Shown piece by piece: positions 13,130 through 26,170 of a stretch of 64,000 bases of DNA. Both the position numbers and the translations under genes were made by a program. The number at the start of each line of letters is the position of its first letter. Positions within the stretch are counted from its first letter, which is position 1. The notes under the pieces were generated by a model. The model did not search any database. It saw only the letters and a list, made by a program, of their open reading frames with translations, and was not told where the DNA came from. The stretch lies in the NCBI RefSeq assembly GCF_964355755.1, contig NC_092678.1:17687365-17751364 (forward strand), written 5' to 3'. The stretch comes from Antedon mediterranea. Taxonomy: Eukaryota > Animalia > Echinodermata.

Positions 13130-16100
13130 TAGTGGAGTCTGTTAGGGATATTTTGGTTCACTTTTTTCCAAAAGCATCAAATTTGGTATACAGGTTGCCC
13201 ACCCTATACAAATTAAATTTTTGATGGGCGCCAAGCAAAATGACCCCTTGGGTCACCTAATTTGCATAATTTTAAATGGCGGACACTTTCGCTTAAACAG
13301 TCTATATCTCTGAAACTACTGGTCATAGAGAGTTGATTTTTAGCTCAAAATGTTCAAAACATAAACATTCCTATTTACTCTAATGAAGTATTTTTGAAAA
13401 AAAATGACCGGAAGTACCAGTTTTAACCTTTGACCCATATTTTAAGGCATTGCCATATCTCAGTAAATAGTTGTCACAGACAGTTTATTTAAGTGTCAAA
13501 TTGTTCAGAATATATATGTTACTATTTAGTTTAATGAAACATTTTATCCAAAAATGACCGGAAGTACTCAGTTTTGCCTTTGACCGTTACGGTGTAATTA
13601 CCAACCTTGTTACGGTTAATATATTTTGATATCCATAAAACTACTTGTCATAGAGAGTTAATGTTTGTGTCAAAATGTTCAGAACATAAACATTTCTATT
13701 TACTATAATAAAGTTTTTTCTAAAAATTGCCATATCACATTATTGGGTTGGCGTGGAAAGTTCATTTTGGTGTCAGATTGTTCAGAATATATGTTACTAT
13801 TATGTTTAATAGAAGATTTTTCCAAAAAATGTCAGGAAGTACAGTTGACCTGTTACATACATAAAATTATAAATTTGTTCAAGTTAACTGTATATTTATA
13901 TTATTTTGCAATCCACTTTTGAGCACTTGTCAAAGATGGCTACTTTGCATGTGCAATTGAACGAAGTATACTGAATGAAGTTGAATATAGTCCTATTTGT
14001 AGTGAGTCTAGAGTAACGCAAATGAGAGAAAATTGTATAGACAAAAAACACCCAATCTCATTCTCATCTAATCGAGTACTTAAATGAAGTCTTCTACACA
14101 TTTAGCAATAATGTTTACTGATGAAATCTATTCAAGTTTTGTTTTGGAAAGTTAGTGTTTCCATCACTTGTGTTTGTTTGGTTGTTACATTCAGGGTAAT
14201 TGTCCTATATTGCATTTCTTCGCTGAGTATCTTTCTTTAATTAAGTATAGTTAAGTTTGTTCATGACCAAATTAACGGCAAAACACCACATCAAACAATG
14301 GAATACTTTTATTTAATTACACATAATGCTAGTACCAGATTTAGTAATAGATATAATTTTGCAATTCCGAAAGCTCGCACAGATGCTGGTAAATTTAGAA
14401 TTTCTTTTAATGGAGCTCAACTTTGGAATAATTTACCCTTAGTTATAAAATGTACCTCTTCTAGATTTAAATTCATAAATGAAGTTAAATGTTTACTTTT
14501 ACAAAAATATTAATGTTAGCCCTTGTTTACGTTATTTCTTTCATATAGTTGCTGTTTCTTTCTTATTGAATTATTGTTGATAGATGAAAATGTATGCATT
14601 ATGACTAATTTATTTTTTGTGAAAGGAGTCAAACCTTGATTAGCGAAAGCTATTTTTTGGCTCCTTTTCACACACACATACATTTTATTGTATTGTACTA
14701 TTTATGTATGATGATGTGAATAAAGTTGATATAAGTATAAGTTTAAAGGGCCTTCAAACTGGGGTATAACCTACTAATTAAAAGGATGGACATTTTCGGG
14801 ATGCACAATATAAAAACTAGACTACTGTTGCCATATCACGAACCACAACTGAAAAATATATTTTTTCCACCAGACCTAAAGTAATCCTTGGTCCGCCAAA
14901 CTTGGCAGAATTCTCGAATTTTACTTTTTAAAAATTTGGCCATCATCTGGACACGATTTGGGTATTACAGTTTTGTTACTTATGACATTACGCCTTAGTA
15001 TCATCTTTTTCATTATTGCCTTTTTACTTGATTTTTGGTTGATTAGTAAATGTTAAATTGTTGTTATATTGGAATTGGTAACAATTCTTGGCTTGTGTAA
15101 CATAATGTATTGATGAGCTGTTTTAACCTCATGAACAGATTTACTTTTATTACTTTCATTTCTTTTATGTACATTTTCAAAGTATTGAATGTGTCCTTTC
15201 TCAATCGAGTATTTGGAAAATAATGGCTTATTCAAACTTCTTTAGCAATCCTTGAACAGTCTGGTTGGTTCAGTCACCATAAGCACATGTATGGTAATTG
15301 TAATATTTTCAGTGTTCTCGTAAAGACGAAATGCCCCATCATGTTCTGAGCTTGAGTATGATATTGTTTCTTAGAAATGAGGCTAAACCTTTTTGTTGAT
15401 TTTTGCACAACATTTCCATTCATAAAATTTCCATTGTTCACATAGTCAAGGACATGCAATACAGAGTTCATTTTAAGTTTGAAAAAAGGGCAATATATGA
15501 AAAAGAGGATACTAGAGCGTAACATGTCATTAGTAACAAAACTGTTCCTATTCATCCAATCTCTTCTAGATGATTACTGTATATGGTCGATTTCTTTTTC
15601 TTTTTTTTTATTTGAAAATCTTTGAGAACCACCAAGCTGGACTTAGGTCTGGAGGACAGAAATCTTCGGTGTCTTTTCCCCATTCAGTAGTTGTTCGTGT
15701 TATGGCAACAAAGAGAAATGTAGCAACATGAAATTGTTATGCAACAGCAAACACAAGTGACGGAAACACTAACTTTCCAAAACAAAACTTTTACTGGATT
15801 TCATCAGTAGGCCTACACATTATTGCTAAATATGTGGAAGACTTCATTTAAGTACTCGATTAGATGAGATTGGGTATTTTTTGTATATACAATTTTCTCA
15901 TTTCTCATTTACATTACTCTAGACTCACTACAAATAGGACAATCTATTCAACTTTGTTCAGTATACTTTGTTCAATTGCACAATGCAAGCAGCCATCTTC
16001 GACATGTGCTCAAAAGTGGGTTGCAAAATAATATCATAAATATACAGTTAACTATACAATTAACTGAACAAATTTATAAATTTTATGTATTTAACAAGTC

Positions 16101-16881
16101 AATAACTATACTTCCTGACATTTTTTTGAAAAGTCTTCTATTAAGCAGAATAGAAACATATATATTCTGAACAATCTGACACCAAAATGAACTTTCCACT
16201 CCAACCCAATAATTTGATATGGCAATTTTCCTGAAAAAGCAGGTCAAAGGTCAAATATGGTATTTCTGAACATTATTTGAGAAAAAACGTTATTATAGTC
16301 AATAGAAATGTTTATGTTCTGAACATTTTGACACCAAAATTAACTCTCTATGACAAGTAGTTTTATGGATATCAAAATATATTAACCGTAACAAGGTTGG
16401 TAATTACACCGTAACGGTCAAAGGCAAAACTGAGTACTTCCGGTCAATTTTGGATAAAATGTTTCATTAAATTAAATAGTAACATATATATTCTAAACAA
16501 TTTGACACTTAAATAAACTGTCTGTGACAACTATTTACTGAGATATGGTAATGCCTTAAAATATGGGTCAAAGGTTAAAACTGGTACTTCCGGTAATTTT
16601 TTTCAAAAAAAACTTCATTAGAGTAAATAGGAATGTTTATGTTCTGAACATTTTGGGCTAAAAATCAACTCTCTATGACCAGTATTTTTAGAGATATAGA
16701 CTGTTTAAGCGAAAATGTCCGCCATTTTAAGTTATGCAAATTAGGTGACCCAAAAGGTCATTTTGCTTGGCGTCCATCAAAAATTGAATTTGTATAGGGT
16801 GGGCAACCTGTATACCAAATTTGGTGCTTTTGGAAGAAACTGAACCAAACACCCTTATTTCAGCCCTAACAGACTCCACTA
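13130..16881 (-). mobile_element. Non-autonomous Academ-type DNA transposon with ~1-kb TIRs
   Basis: TAGTGGAGTCTGTTAGGG...CCCTAACAGACTCCACTA termini and 3-bp TSD ATC. Arms at about 13130-14130 and 15810-16881. Decayed transposase motif GNVVQKSTKRFSLIS on the minus strand. Confidence 0.85.
14255..14742 (+). mobile_element. 3' fragment of a CR1/Crack/L2-group LINE nested in the Academ element
   Basis: C-terminal ORF2 motif PKARTDAGKFRISFNGAQLWNNLP, 3' UTR, AATAAA and a short (ATAAGT)n tail. Confidence 0.75.
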
Positions 16882-18080
16882 ATCAACATATTTATTTCAT
16901 ACAATTATAATATGTTTATGTTTAATAAATCCATCCCATTGGTTTGTCCCATTTTATTTTTCTTTGGATTTATCTATGCAAACATATTTTCATTTAAACA
17001 ATGCATATTCTCTGTTATACTAATTACTTACTAACTTTTTACTGTTAACATTATATTTTCCTCATCCTTTAACATTGATTTTTTTTTTATCTTTAAATGT
17101 TTACAACATTTATTTCCAACAGATTATCCTTTTTTTTTTGCATCTACAGTATAACCCATCAAAGTTTCATTTAACTTTTATTTTTCGTATGTGGGTTCAT
17201 TCAATTTTTTTTTTTACTTATTATTTATTCTATTATTTTTTTATACATACATTATCATTTAACAACATTTATGTTTAATGATCCATTAAAAAAAATTATA
17301 CATTTTTTTTTCTTTTTAACCATTTTATCATTTCAAAATTCCACATGCAGTAAGAATGTGCAAATTACATATATATATACCTATAATATGAAAGCTTTGA
17401 TGAAAACACTTCACCACTTAAACCTAAAACCTTCTTATCCTTCATCATTTTTTTATCATCAATCTATAAAAAGCTTTTCACATTTTGTCTTTTTGTTTTC
17501 AAATCATCAAGGTATACATATTTACAAAACATACAATATAGAAGTAAAAAAAAAAAAACATAATAGATTCATCATTCATGGTATCTCATCCTAATTTCAA
17601 AATTAATATTAAACGCACCCATTTTTTTGAATTAGCATACTCAGGAATGTATTGTCCCACAAAAGCATGAAAAAAATAAAGATTTTTTATTATTCTTCAT
17701 TTATCAGACTTATAATAGGCTTTTTTTTTAGTTTTAATAAAGTTAAGCAATTCCATAGAAAAGACCGAAATTATAATGTTTCTACTTATAAAAAGACAAA
17801 ATAAACAGATTAGGCTAATTTCAACACAACCTCATTGAACTGGCAGCGCAGCTAATTTGATTATTTCCTTTTTCAAGTAAATATATTTCTTAAAATCCAA
17901 TTGGTCAATGTGAATAACTCTTATGTGACATTAAAATAGCATATTCAACAAAAAATTCCAAAAAATATATTTTTTCAAGGGATAAAAAATCTTCAATTCT
18001 CATTTTACTCATATTTCAGGTTATAGCCTAAAATGTGAATAATTTCTTGCACCAATTAAATTTAAAAATAACTCACTTAC

Positions 18081-18422
18081 CCGGTGGAACAATTACTGCT
18101 GTAACTGTTGCATTAAATCCTCTCTTTGTTACAATATCATCAGTAGCTAAAGCAATCCGCATTGTGTTGTTGTTGGAAACTAGAGAATCAAATGTTAAAC
18201 CTGTAAACCTAACTTTATTTTCATTTCCTGCAAATGCTATATCCAAATAATCCCATCCGTCCTCCAGTTGAAAGTCGTTGAACTCAAGATAAATGAACAA
18301 CTCTGGAGAGGTTGTAACCATCCATTCACACTTTAAATTGTTGTCGTAGTTCTTCGGATAATTAGGAGACCAAAATGCATATGATGAGTTCTCAGATTCA
18401 AGATGAATATCCTGGTTACATT
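18081..18422 (-). CDS. Gene A CUB-domain exon
   Basis: 342 bp, ttgcag acceptor, gtaagt donor, phase 1-1. CUB motifs SPNYPKNYDNNLKCEW, FNDFQLE, DYL and DDIVTKRGFNA. Confidence 0.93.
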
Positions 18423-18647
18423 CTGCAAGAGAAATAAGATAATAATAATACACGGAATGTAGGCCTATTGTTACTATTGTATTGATAGAAATATAGCGTG
18501 ATTAATAATTTAGGTAATCACAATATTTGATATTTTCAAAATAACCTTAAAGGTAATATATCCGGCTAATCCTGTATATCTAATTGTTAATGATGGTTTT
18601 AATATGATAGGCCTAATAATGATAAGGATAATGATAATGATAATGAA

Positions 18648-18720
18648 AATAATAATAGTTCATTCTTATAGCGCATTATAAGCAAGCTCTCAATGCGCTG
18701 CACATTATTACCCCGGGAAT
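18648..18720 (-). mobile_element. L2-type SINE/LINE 3' tail fragment
   Basis: Minus strand reads GCAGCGCATTGAG...ATGCGCTATAAGAATGAACTATTATTATT, a stem-loop plus (TTA)n tail typical of L2-dependent SINEs. Confidence 0.55.
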
Positions 18721-19199
18721 TGTTTTGGATAATACACGTATGAAAACATACTCCCATATTACTAGTTATTTTTACCTATCCATGTGATTTTATATATAGT
18801 TTTAACAACAATTATTGTCATTTAATCAGGCCGTGCTACAGTATAAAATAGGGTACACAAAATACATGAAATTACATTAGATTACAAATGTACAAATAGT
18901 AATTAATCAGTAATTGCCCCGGTCCAGTTATCCCATTTAGGCCTATAAAAGTGTGAATTTTATCAATTATTACCTATTGATGAAAAATATTTGATTTGTG
19001 TGTATACTTCGTAAATAAAGTCCGTTTACTACCAGGTGTCCAGTTTTAACTGTACAAGGAAAGTTAGCACCTACTCTTAACCTAAATCTGCACATGCGCC
19101 AAAGCTTGGTGTTCACAAACATGTGTGTACCAGGTAAATACGATTTACCAATAACATAGCCTTCTTAACTTAATGTAAAATTAAATAAACAACAATCGT

Positions 19200-19625
19200 C
19201 TGACTGACTTCATGTTATTGTTTAAACTCATAGTCAGATAATTTTTAGTATGTTATATAGAAAGAGAATCACGATTGATAAAGAGAGATAAACACATTTG
19301 AGTAAAATTATGATTTCCAATGAATTCTTAAATGTTGACAATTAGTTGGGCAATTGTTTTTTATAACTTTGTTTTACAGAATTGTAGTTTTCTGTAGAAA
19401 AGGAATCACGGTTTCTCCAGATAGAAATGATTTTGTAAAATTGCGGGGAATTACAAATTCCAATCCACACATTATAAGTTTTTTAAAAATCTGTCGGGAA
19501 ATTGTTACTATGTTCTACAGTATTGACCATTTTTCTGTAGAAAGAGAATCACGGTTGGTAATTGCTCAAGATAGAAACGATTGTGTAAAAGTGTGGGGAA
19601 TTACGACTTTCAATCAATTCTCAGA
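19200..19625. repeat. Three degenerate ~140-bp tandem units in intron 1
   Basis: TAGAAARRGAATCACG recurs near 19258, 19395 and 19538. Confidence 0.6.
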
Positions 19626-19679
19626 TATGTTTTTGATTTAAAAAGTTAAACAAGTTGAAGTACTTGAAAGCATACTTAC

Positions 19680-19740
19680 GAACAGAACAGCTTGAAAACG
19701 GTACAACAACCAACAACATGATAACGCTAAAGATAAACAT
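19680..19740 (-). CDS. Gene A first coding exon, signal peptide (MFIFSVIMLLVVVPFSSCSV)
   Basis: ATG at 19740, hydrophobic 20-mer, C|gtaagt phase-1 donor in frame with the CUB exon. Confidence 0.8.
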
Positions 19741-20616
19741 CTTGTTTAAGTAATTCTGTACTGATTTGTTGACGATTTTACGCAATTCCGTAAGTTCACT
19801 CACTCATATTCGCGAATTAAACTTACCTCCGTGATTCTTTTCAACTTATAACACTTGTTTTCGTTGGTCTTATGTTATATTATGATATTGCTTTTAGACA
19901 ATTTTAAAAATTGATCAGATAAATCGTATAACCAGGCCTATACTAAATAAATTAAGAGTTTGTTACAGATGTTGCAATCATTATGTTATTCTATTATTTA
20001 AACTTTGGTAGAAGCGTTTTTATGTACTTTTTTTTACAGACAAGAGATGACAATGTATGTGTGTCGATATAGAGTTCTTGTTATCTGGTGACGTAGGCCT
20101 ACACGGCATTGTATATACAGTTTCAGTTGTATTGACAGGATTGTTATCCCAAAGTAATTAAAAGAAAGTAAAATAATATTTGAGTAACAATAATGTGGCA
20201 TAATTCAGAGGCGAATTCAATGGGATGTGGGGACCAGCCGGCCCGGTGCGTCTTATAAACGTGTGCCGCTGATACAAAAGCGTGTGTTAAATAAAGTTTA
20301 CTTTTTCGTCTTATCACTAAACTCCTGATAAAAATCACTTCCGATCTTGTTATATGTTTGTAAACGTTTAATTGAATAATCAGAACCGTTGATTAATTAT
20401 TTATTTGTTTATCAACCGTTGAGAGAAGATTGATTGATTGTATACGGGTACATCTGTTAAAGTCTTCATTTGGCCATCAGTTGTATACATAATGCATATA
20501 TATACATATATATATTTCATCGTATTATTTATGTTTCAAAGAAGTAATAATTATTAAATCTTCTTATCTGATTTTTTATTTATTTAATGAGGGGAGTTGT
20601 GATTTTGACCTTAGAA

Positions 20617-20697
20617 AAAATCCTGACAAGACGGTAATTGAACCTAGGACCATTGGAGTGGTAGTCAAGCATCATAACCACCAAGCCACAACTCCAC
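20617..20697 (-). other. tRNA-derived remnant (SINE head or tRNA pseudogene)
   Basis: Minus strand has A-box-like TGGCTTGGTGG, B-box-like GGTTCAATTAC and a downstream T run. No convincing cloverleaf. Confidence 0.45.
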
Positions 20698-20917
20698 TCC
20701 AGATAAAAATATCTATGTTAAACCAAAAGTAGTATCTGTTTGTTGTTTTCATTATGTTCATGCCAAACACACACATAGTTATTCATTTTAGTGGAGTTGA
20801 TGAATGAAATTATTTCAATACTAACAATTCACTCCTTTGCTAACCTACTGCAAGACAAATTGTTGATAAATAAATCATGATAACAACCTCATTGTTCTTC
20901 TCTCCTCTTATTATATA

Positions 20918-21228
20918 AAGTTTGGTTCCCAATTGGACGCAACGTAAGAACGTAGACGCAACGCAAGCGAGTTGACCAGTGACAAGCGACAGTTCGAATA
21001 ATCCATCGCTTGTGATTGGTCAAATCCCTTTCGTCGTGTGTCTAGTGAGAACCAAGTTTAAAAGATAGCGTAAAGCTTGGTTCGAACTTGGACAACGTAA
21101 GGACGTAACGCAACGCGATTTGACCAATCTCAAGCGATAGATTATTCCAACAGCCGCGTGTGATTGGTCAACTCGCTTGCGTTGCGTCTACCTCCTTGCG
21201 CTGCGTCCTAGTGGGAACCGAGGTTTAA
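20918..21228. mobile_element. Two adjacent Harbinger-like MITEs (AAGCTTGGTTCCCACT family)
   Basis: Imperfect palindromes TGGTTCCCA...GTGGGAACC with internal TTGACCAATCAC/GTGATTGGTCAA and TAA/TTA flanks. Relatives at about 39330-39670 and 54695-58783. Confidence 0.6.
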
Positions 21229-21768
21229 GGCTGTGTTTTCCCCGCAGCGTAACACAATTGATCGGTCAACCAAACAGATGATTAAAACAAAAATAAAGTG
21301 CGCATTCACAACGCAACAATGTATCTTTTATGTAAACAAAAAATACAAAAAAATAATTATATCCTAATTATCTTATCCTATTTTTGCTATTTTGATATTT
21401 CAATGTAAATGTCTTTGTACATATTATTAACTGTAGTTTAGCGCATCTCGCTGACCTGGTTTCATGTTTTTAATATCAAAGCGTCAACAATTGCAGGGAA
21501 GATTAAGGACCATTAGGTAAACCCGATTGTTTACATTTTATTTTCTGAATCATGTTATTCTGTATAAATATGTTTTAAATAAATGAAATAAACGTTTTAA
21601 ATGTTTATTCAATATTGCCGCGCGCCAACAACAGGGTTTATTTTTTAAAAGTTTGTGCTTTCTTGTCGACAATAGAGGGCCTCCCATAAAAACGGTGATG
21701 GCGACGCCCATGATACTTCTAAAGGTCTTTCAGTTCGCGGAATGATTTTTGTAAATAAACAACAACAA

Positions 21769-21927
21769 ATGTTTAGAGCTTTGTATGACTATCAAAGTAA
21801 AGATGGGAAGTCTATAAACTTTCAGAAAGGGCAACGGTTTACCTTGCTTGACAAAAGCAACGGTCATTGGTGGAAAGTTATGTCCAATCAGTCCGGTATG
21901 GTAGCCGAATTATGTCACAAAAGATGA
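21769..21927 (+). pseudogene. Frameshifted N-terminal SH3 exon fragment, resembling NCKIPSD/SPIN90
   Basis: MFRALYDYQSKDGKSINFQKGQRFTLLDKSNGHWWKV. The GYVP core is deleted and NYVTKD continues in another frame. Cut by an Academ-like terminus at 21928. Confidence 0.65.
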
Positions 21928-22810
21928 TAGTCAGGTTCCTCATGTATGAAAATACGGGTTCCGTAGGATTTTAATGCCCAAAGTGAGATTTCACTTGATT
22001 TTACGTTATTATAGTGCTAGGATACCAAAAATGCTAGGTAAACAATTTTCACGATCCTGTAACCATGGTAACAGCCCCAAGTTCAAAATGGCGACCAAAT
22101 GGCCATATCTCCATAACCCTTTGGTCTATTGGCAAGATATTGGTATCAAAATACTCGGAATATATATATTTATTTTCGTTGTAATGGAACATTTTTACTA
22201 AATGCAACCAGAAATGCTATTTGCTGTACTATTGACCCTTGAACTTGCCTCGTACTGTATCTTAAAAACGGCTCGTCATAAAAATAAAAATGGTCTCAAA
22301 ATTGCTCAGGCCTTACATATTTATATTTAATGTAATGCAATATTTTGTTAAAAAATGTCCGGAAGCAAAGTTATTGACCTTTGACATAGAGAATAGCTTA
22401 CAAAGATTTTTATTCAGTAGTCTCTGATCATATCTCCATAACCCTTTGGTCTATTGACAAGATAATGATATCAAAATACTCGGAATAAATATATTTATAT
22501 TTGTTGTAATAGAAAATTTTTACTAAATGCTATTTTTCTGCACTATTGACCATTGACCTTGACTCGCACTGTATCTAAAAACGGCAAAAAAACATTTCAA
22601 AACTCCCTTTTCTTGTTCGTTGCTCATGATTTTCCTTTTTATCTTATCAGGTTTCCGTTCCATAAAAAACTTAAACATCTTACCTTGTATATTATTGAAG
22701 AAAGTGATTTGGTGGGTCCAGTAAGTTTGAAAAGTGAAAAGTTAAAATTGGCAGAACCAGTGTTTTTATTATAGTATTTTTTCCAAATAAAGTTATGGAT
22801 CTTTGGCTCC
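21928..22810. mobile_element. One arm of an Academ-like element
   Basis: Begins TAGTCAGGTTCC, compared with TAGACAGGTTCC at 54783. Has AAAATGGCG and TTGACCTTTGA subterminal repeats like the other Academ arms. The second end was not found. Confidence 0.55.
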
Positions 22811-22812
22811 AC

Positions 22813-24730
22813 AATAATAATAATTTTATTGAAACTACACCTTTACAACGGTGGAACACATTCATACACGCTGCGTTCTATATACAGATAGACATTCAAC
22901 AGATACAACATAATAAAAAGCAAACAGATACAAAATAAAACTAGTCAACCGACCGACTCGATCGCTATCGTAGTCGTACGTCACTTATGCATTATACAAT
23001 GAGTTAAAAAGAAAAGAAATGCAAACAATTGTTAAGTAGTACAGTAACTGGGAAAAAAATAATATTGTACCAAAATTTAAAAATAGTAATACAACAAATT
23101 CAAACTAAATAGATCTCTATACCGCAACAAAACAAAAACATTACATGCTATCTGCGAGTTGTATAAGATTGTTTCGTATTTTCCATGATATTGTTATGTA
23201 TACTTTACAAAATTTGTCAAGACTCAATAGAACATTATTACTGAGGGGAAGTGTATCCGTCCCCAGAAGATATAACATTTTGTCGTCATTGCTACTGGTG
23301 CAGAATGTTTCCCAAACATCTAACTCGTTATGAAAAATTAAGTCTTGTTTAAGTAGGCCTATATTTAGCTGTTCTTCTCTTACACATTGTAATGCATCAC
23401 AACTAAATAAAAAGTGAGATATGTCCTCTATATTTCCAGAGTTACATAATGAACAGAGAACATCATTATCCACGGTCCATTTACTTAATTTAAAATTTAA
23501 AGGGAGAGTATTGGAACGGGCTTGACATTTAAGACGGGCACCATTAAAATTTGTTTTATCAAGTAAAAACTTTTCAAGATCCGGCTTTGATTTTGACTTT
23601 GCATAAAAAGATAGCGACGATTTAGATGGGAGGTCCTCTGACCATTAATTATTTACATTATCTAAAATATTTTGTTTCAGTAAATTAAACCAATTTTCCA
23701 AAGTGCGATTGTTAATAACATTGTTAAAAATATGCATGCATTCAAATCTACAGAAAGTGGTGCGTACACAACTAACGAATTTATATCGTAATTCTTTTGT
23801 GTTGTAATTAAGCGTAGTCTTGTACAATAGGTTGGGCCATCGTTTCTAATTTAACCCGACTAAACGTTCAAATAATTTTAGTTGTAATATGTTATGAGAT
23901 ACGGTTAAGGGTATCCATCCTAAATCTCCATATAAGGCCATTTTCGGTGTATACGCTGGTGCTTTTAGAATATATTGTGTCATCTGCATTTGAAGCCGTT
24001 CCAGTCTCTCAATATCTGAATTGGATACTCCAGTCCAAACAGAGCAACCATAATTAATAGAAGGTAAAACTATTGTTTTCCTTATGATATTTCCGTAATA
24101 AACTCTGTCAAAGTCATCAAGATTATCAATTATAGATTTAACTTATGAAACTAATCTATTACCCTTTTTAACAACATTGTCAATATGCGAATGTTCACAT
24201 ACATTTTTTTGATATTAGTACTCCTAGATATTGGTAGGTGTCTGTTTCTGTGATGTGATGTTTGTCAAGATCCCATTGTTTATATTTATTTATCTTTTTT
24301 CCAAAAACCAAGACTTTTGATTTTTCATAGTTAAAATTAAGTTTCCAATAATTTGAAAATTCACCTGGTAATTTAAGCATGTTTTTAAGGTCATGCTCAT
24401 TATTGGCAGTTAGCACGACATCATCAGCCCAGAAAAGACTACCCATCCATTTATCTTGGATCTTAACACCAACATTATTTGAGTTATAACAACTTCTTAA
24501 ATTCATTAATAAAAATGTTAAAGAGTACAGGAGATAGAATACATCCCTGTTTAACTCCCTGATCAATTACAAATGAATCAGTAGAAATGTTTCCATATGG
24601 CTTTTAGTAGTCCTTCTCGCCATACACTGTCGAATGCCTTTCGGAAGTCCAGGAACGTCATATAGGTGTTTTTCCCTTCTGCAAATCTGCAGGCAGCAAT
24701 ACTTTTTAGTGTGAAAATGTGATCCTCATG
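22813..24730 (-). mobile_element. 5'-truncated degenerate RTE-X-like LINE
   Basis: EDHIFTL..TFLDFRKAFDSVWR, LFWADDVVL, YQYLGV, C-terminal CSLC..EDISHFLFSC and a (TTA)n tail near 22813-22823. Confidence 0.85.
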
Positions 24731-24899
24731 TTTAGTATTTTATCATATCTTTAGATTTTGGACAAAAATTTAAATCAAATATATTATCTAAATTACTTGA
24801 AACATTATACCAAGGTATCGTATGGGTTCGTTAGTCTATAGTTTTGTTTGGTGAGAATTTTAAAATCCGAATTCCTTAATGAGCCCAATCTCATTATAT

Positions 24900-25158
24900 T
24901 ACTTTTTTCATAATTTATCTTAAGCCCTGAGGATAAAGCAAATAAGTTCAAAGTGTCCATGATGGGCTTTATTTAATTGGAATCGTTTATATAGAATACC
25001 GTGTCGTCAGCAAATTGACATAATTTAATGTTTACGTTATTATAGGATATACTTTCTATTTTTTCTGTTTGACGGACTGCATTGCCTAGGATTTCCGCAC
25101 ATAGAATAAACAAGTATGGTGATAGAGGGCATCCTTATCGTAAACCACGACTAAGACT
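24900..25158 (-). mobile_element. Internal RT fragment of an L1/Tx1-clade LINE
   Basis: Minus strand reads SRGLR*GCPLSPYLFILCAEILG...KLCQFADDTVFY. Confidence 0.8.
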
Positions 25159-25284
25159 AAACAAGGCCACCAACAGCCATTAAGTCGCGTGCTACAATGC
25201 ATAGTGATACCGGACAGACAGACAGACCGACAGACAGACCCACCGGCATAGTGAACCATAGAGTCGCGTGGACGCGACTAAAAA
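25159..25284. mobile_element. Short DINE-1/HINE-like (Helentron-associated) element
   Basis: AAACAAG start, subterminal AGTCGCGTG, (GACA)n microsatellite, and terminal hairpin AGTCGCGT-GG-ACGCGACT followed by AAAAA. Confidence 0.6.
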
Positions 25285-26170
25285 GGCAAAATGTTGACGA
25301 ATTTTTAAACTTTTTCATCAAAAACGTGCGCAAATTATCCAATTCGACGTGCTCGTATGACGTAATTTGAAGTCGAAATTGTTTAAAAGTTGGGAAAATT
25401 ATTAAAAAAGGCTGCAAAAACATAAATCACGCAAAAAAAGTATGTATTTAACGCTATGTGCGCACCGCGCGCGTAAAAATTTGGGCGCGTATAGGAATTT
25501 TTGACATGTCCAAAATGACAAGAAACGCGTAGAAAGTTGATTAAAAATTAATTTTGCACATTTTAACATTTTTAATGCGCGCGCGCGTCCGACGCTTAAA
25601 CGAATTCCTTAGGCACCGTAAATCCAAACTACATATTTCTACATTTGCCAGCCAGAAAAGTTAGTAGAGCTTTCGGGCAACACTAACCATTCATCAGTGC
25701 AAGTGATATATATATATATAAACAATTCATACATTAAGGTAGTGATAAACATATCTAATAAAGTACAAAAACATGGTATGGCTCTTGAAAAATAGGTAGC
25801 CAGGCCTACATGGCTCGTCCTATTACCGCTAAACAACAGCTCATCATGAGTAAGCATTGTTCCATAATAAGAGAAAAATTGAACATACTATGCATAGCCT
25901 ACATATTTCCGGTACTTCACAAGTGAGCGTCATGTAATTATAATTAAGAAGGTCAATAATAACCTGTTTTGGTGTGGAATTTGAAATTAGATGCATCATT
26001 AATAACATTTACTGGATGAAGGAAAGATATTTGATTTTGATAGTTATTAACCAAAATAACCACGGTGTATTCGGCAATGCCTATCTGCCTGCCTTGCACG
26101 ACGTTGAGTACCGGCATTATGTAGACAAGATTATTGTTATTCATGAACGCTATTTTATTGGTTCCTATTG

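Larger units (their letters stand above)
12540..17400. repeat. Degenerate T-rich tandem repeat region split by the Academ insertion
   Basis: Blocks such as AACAATGCAxATTCTCTGTTATAC...CAGATTATCCTTTTTTTTTGCATC occur near 12845-13000 and 16998-17145. Confidence 0.55.

Noticed and set aside
20617-20697. Functional tRNA gene
   Set aside because: The A and B boxes are degenerate and the acceptor and anticodon stems do not pair convincingly.
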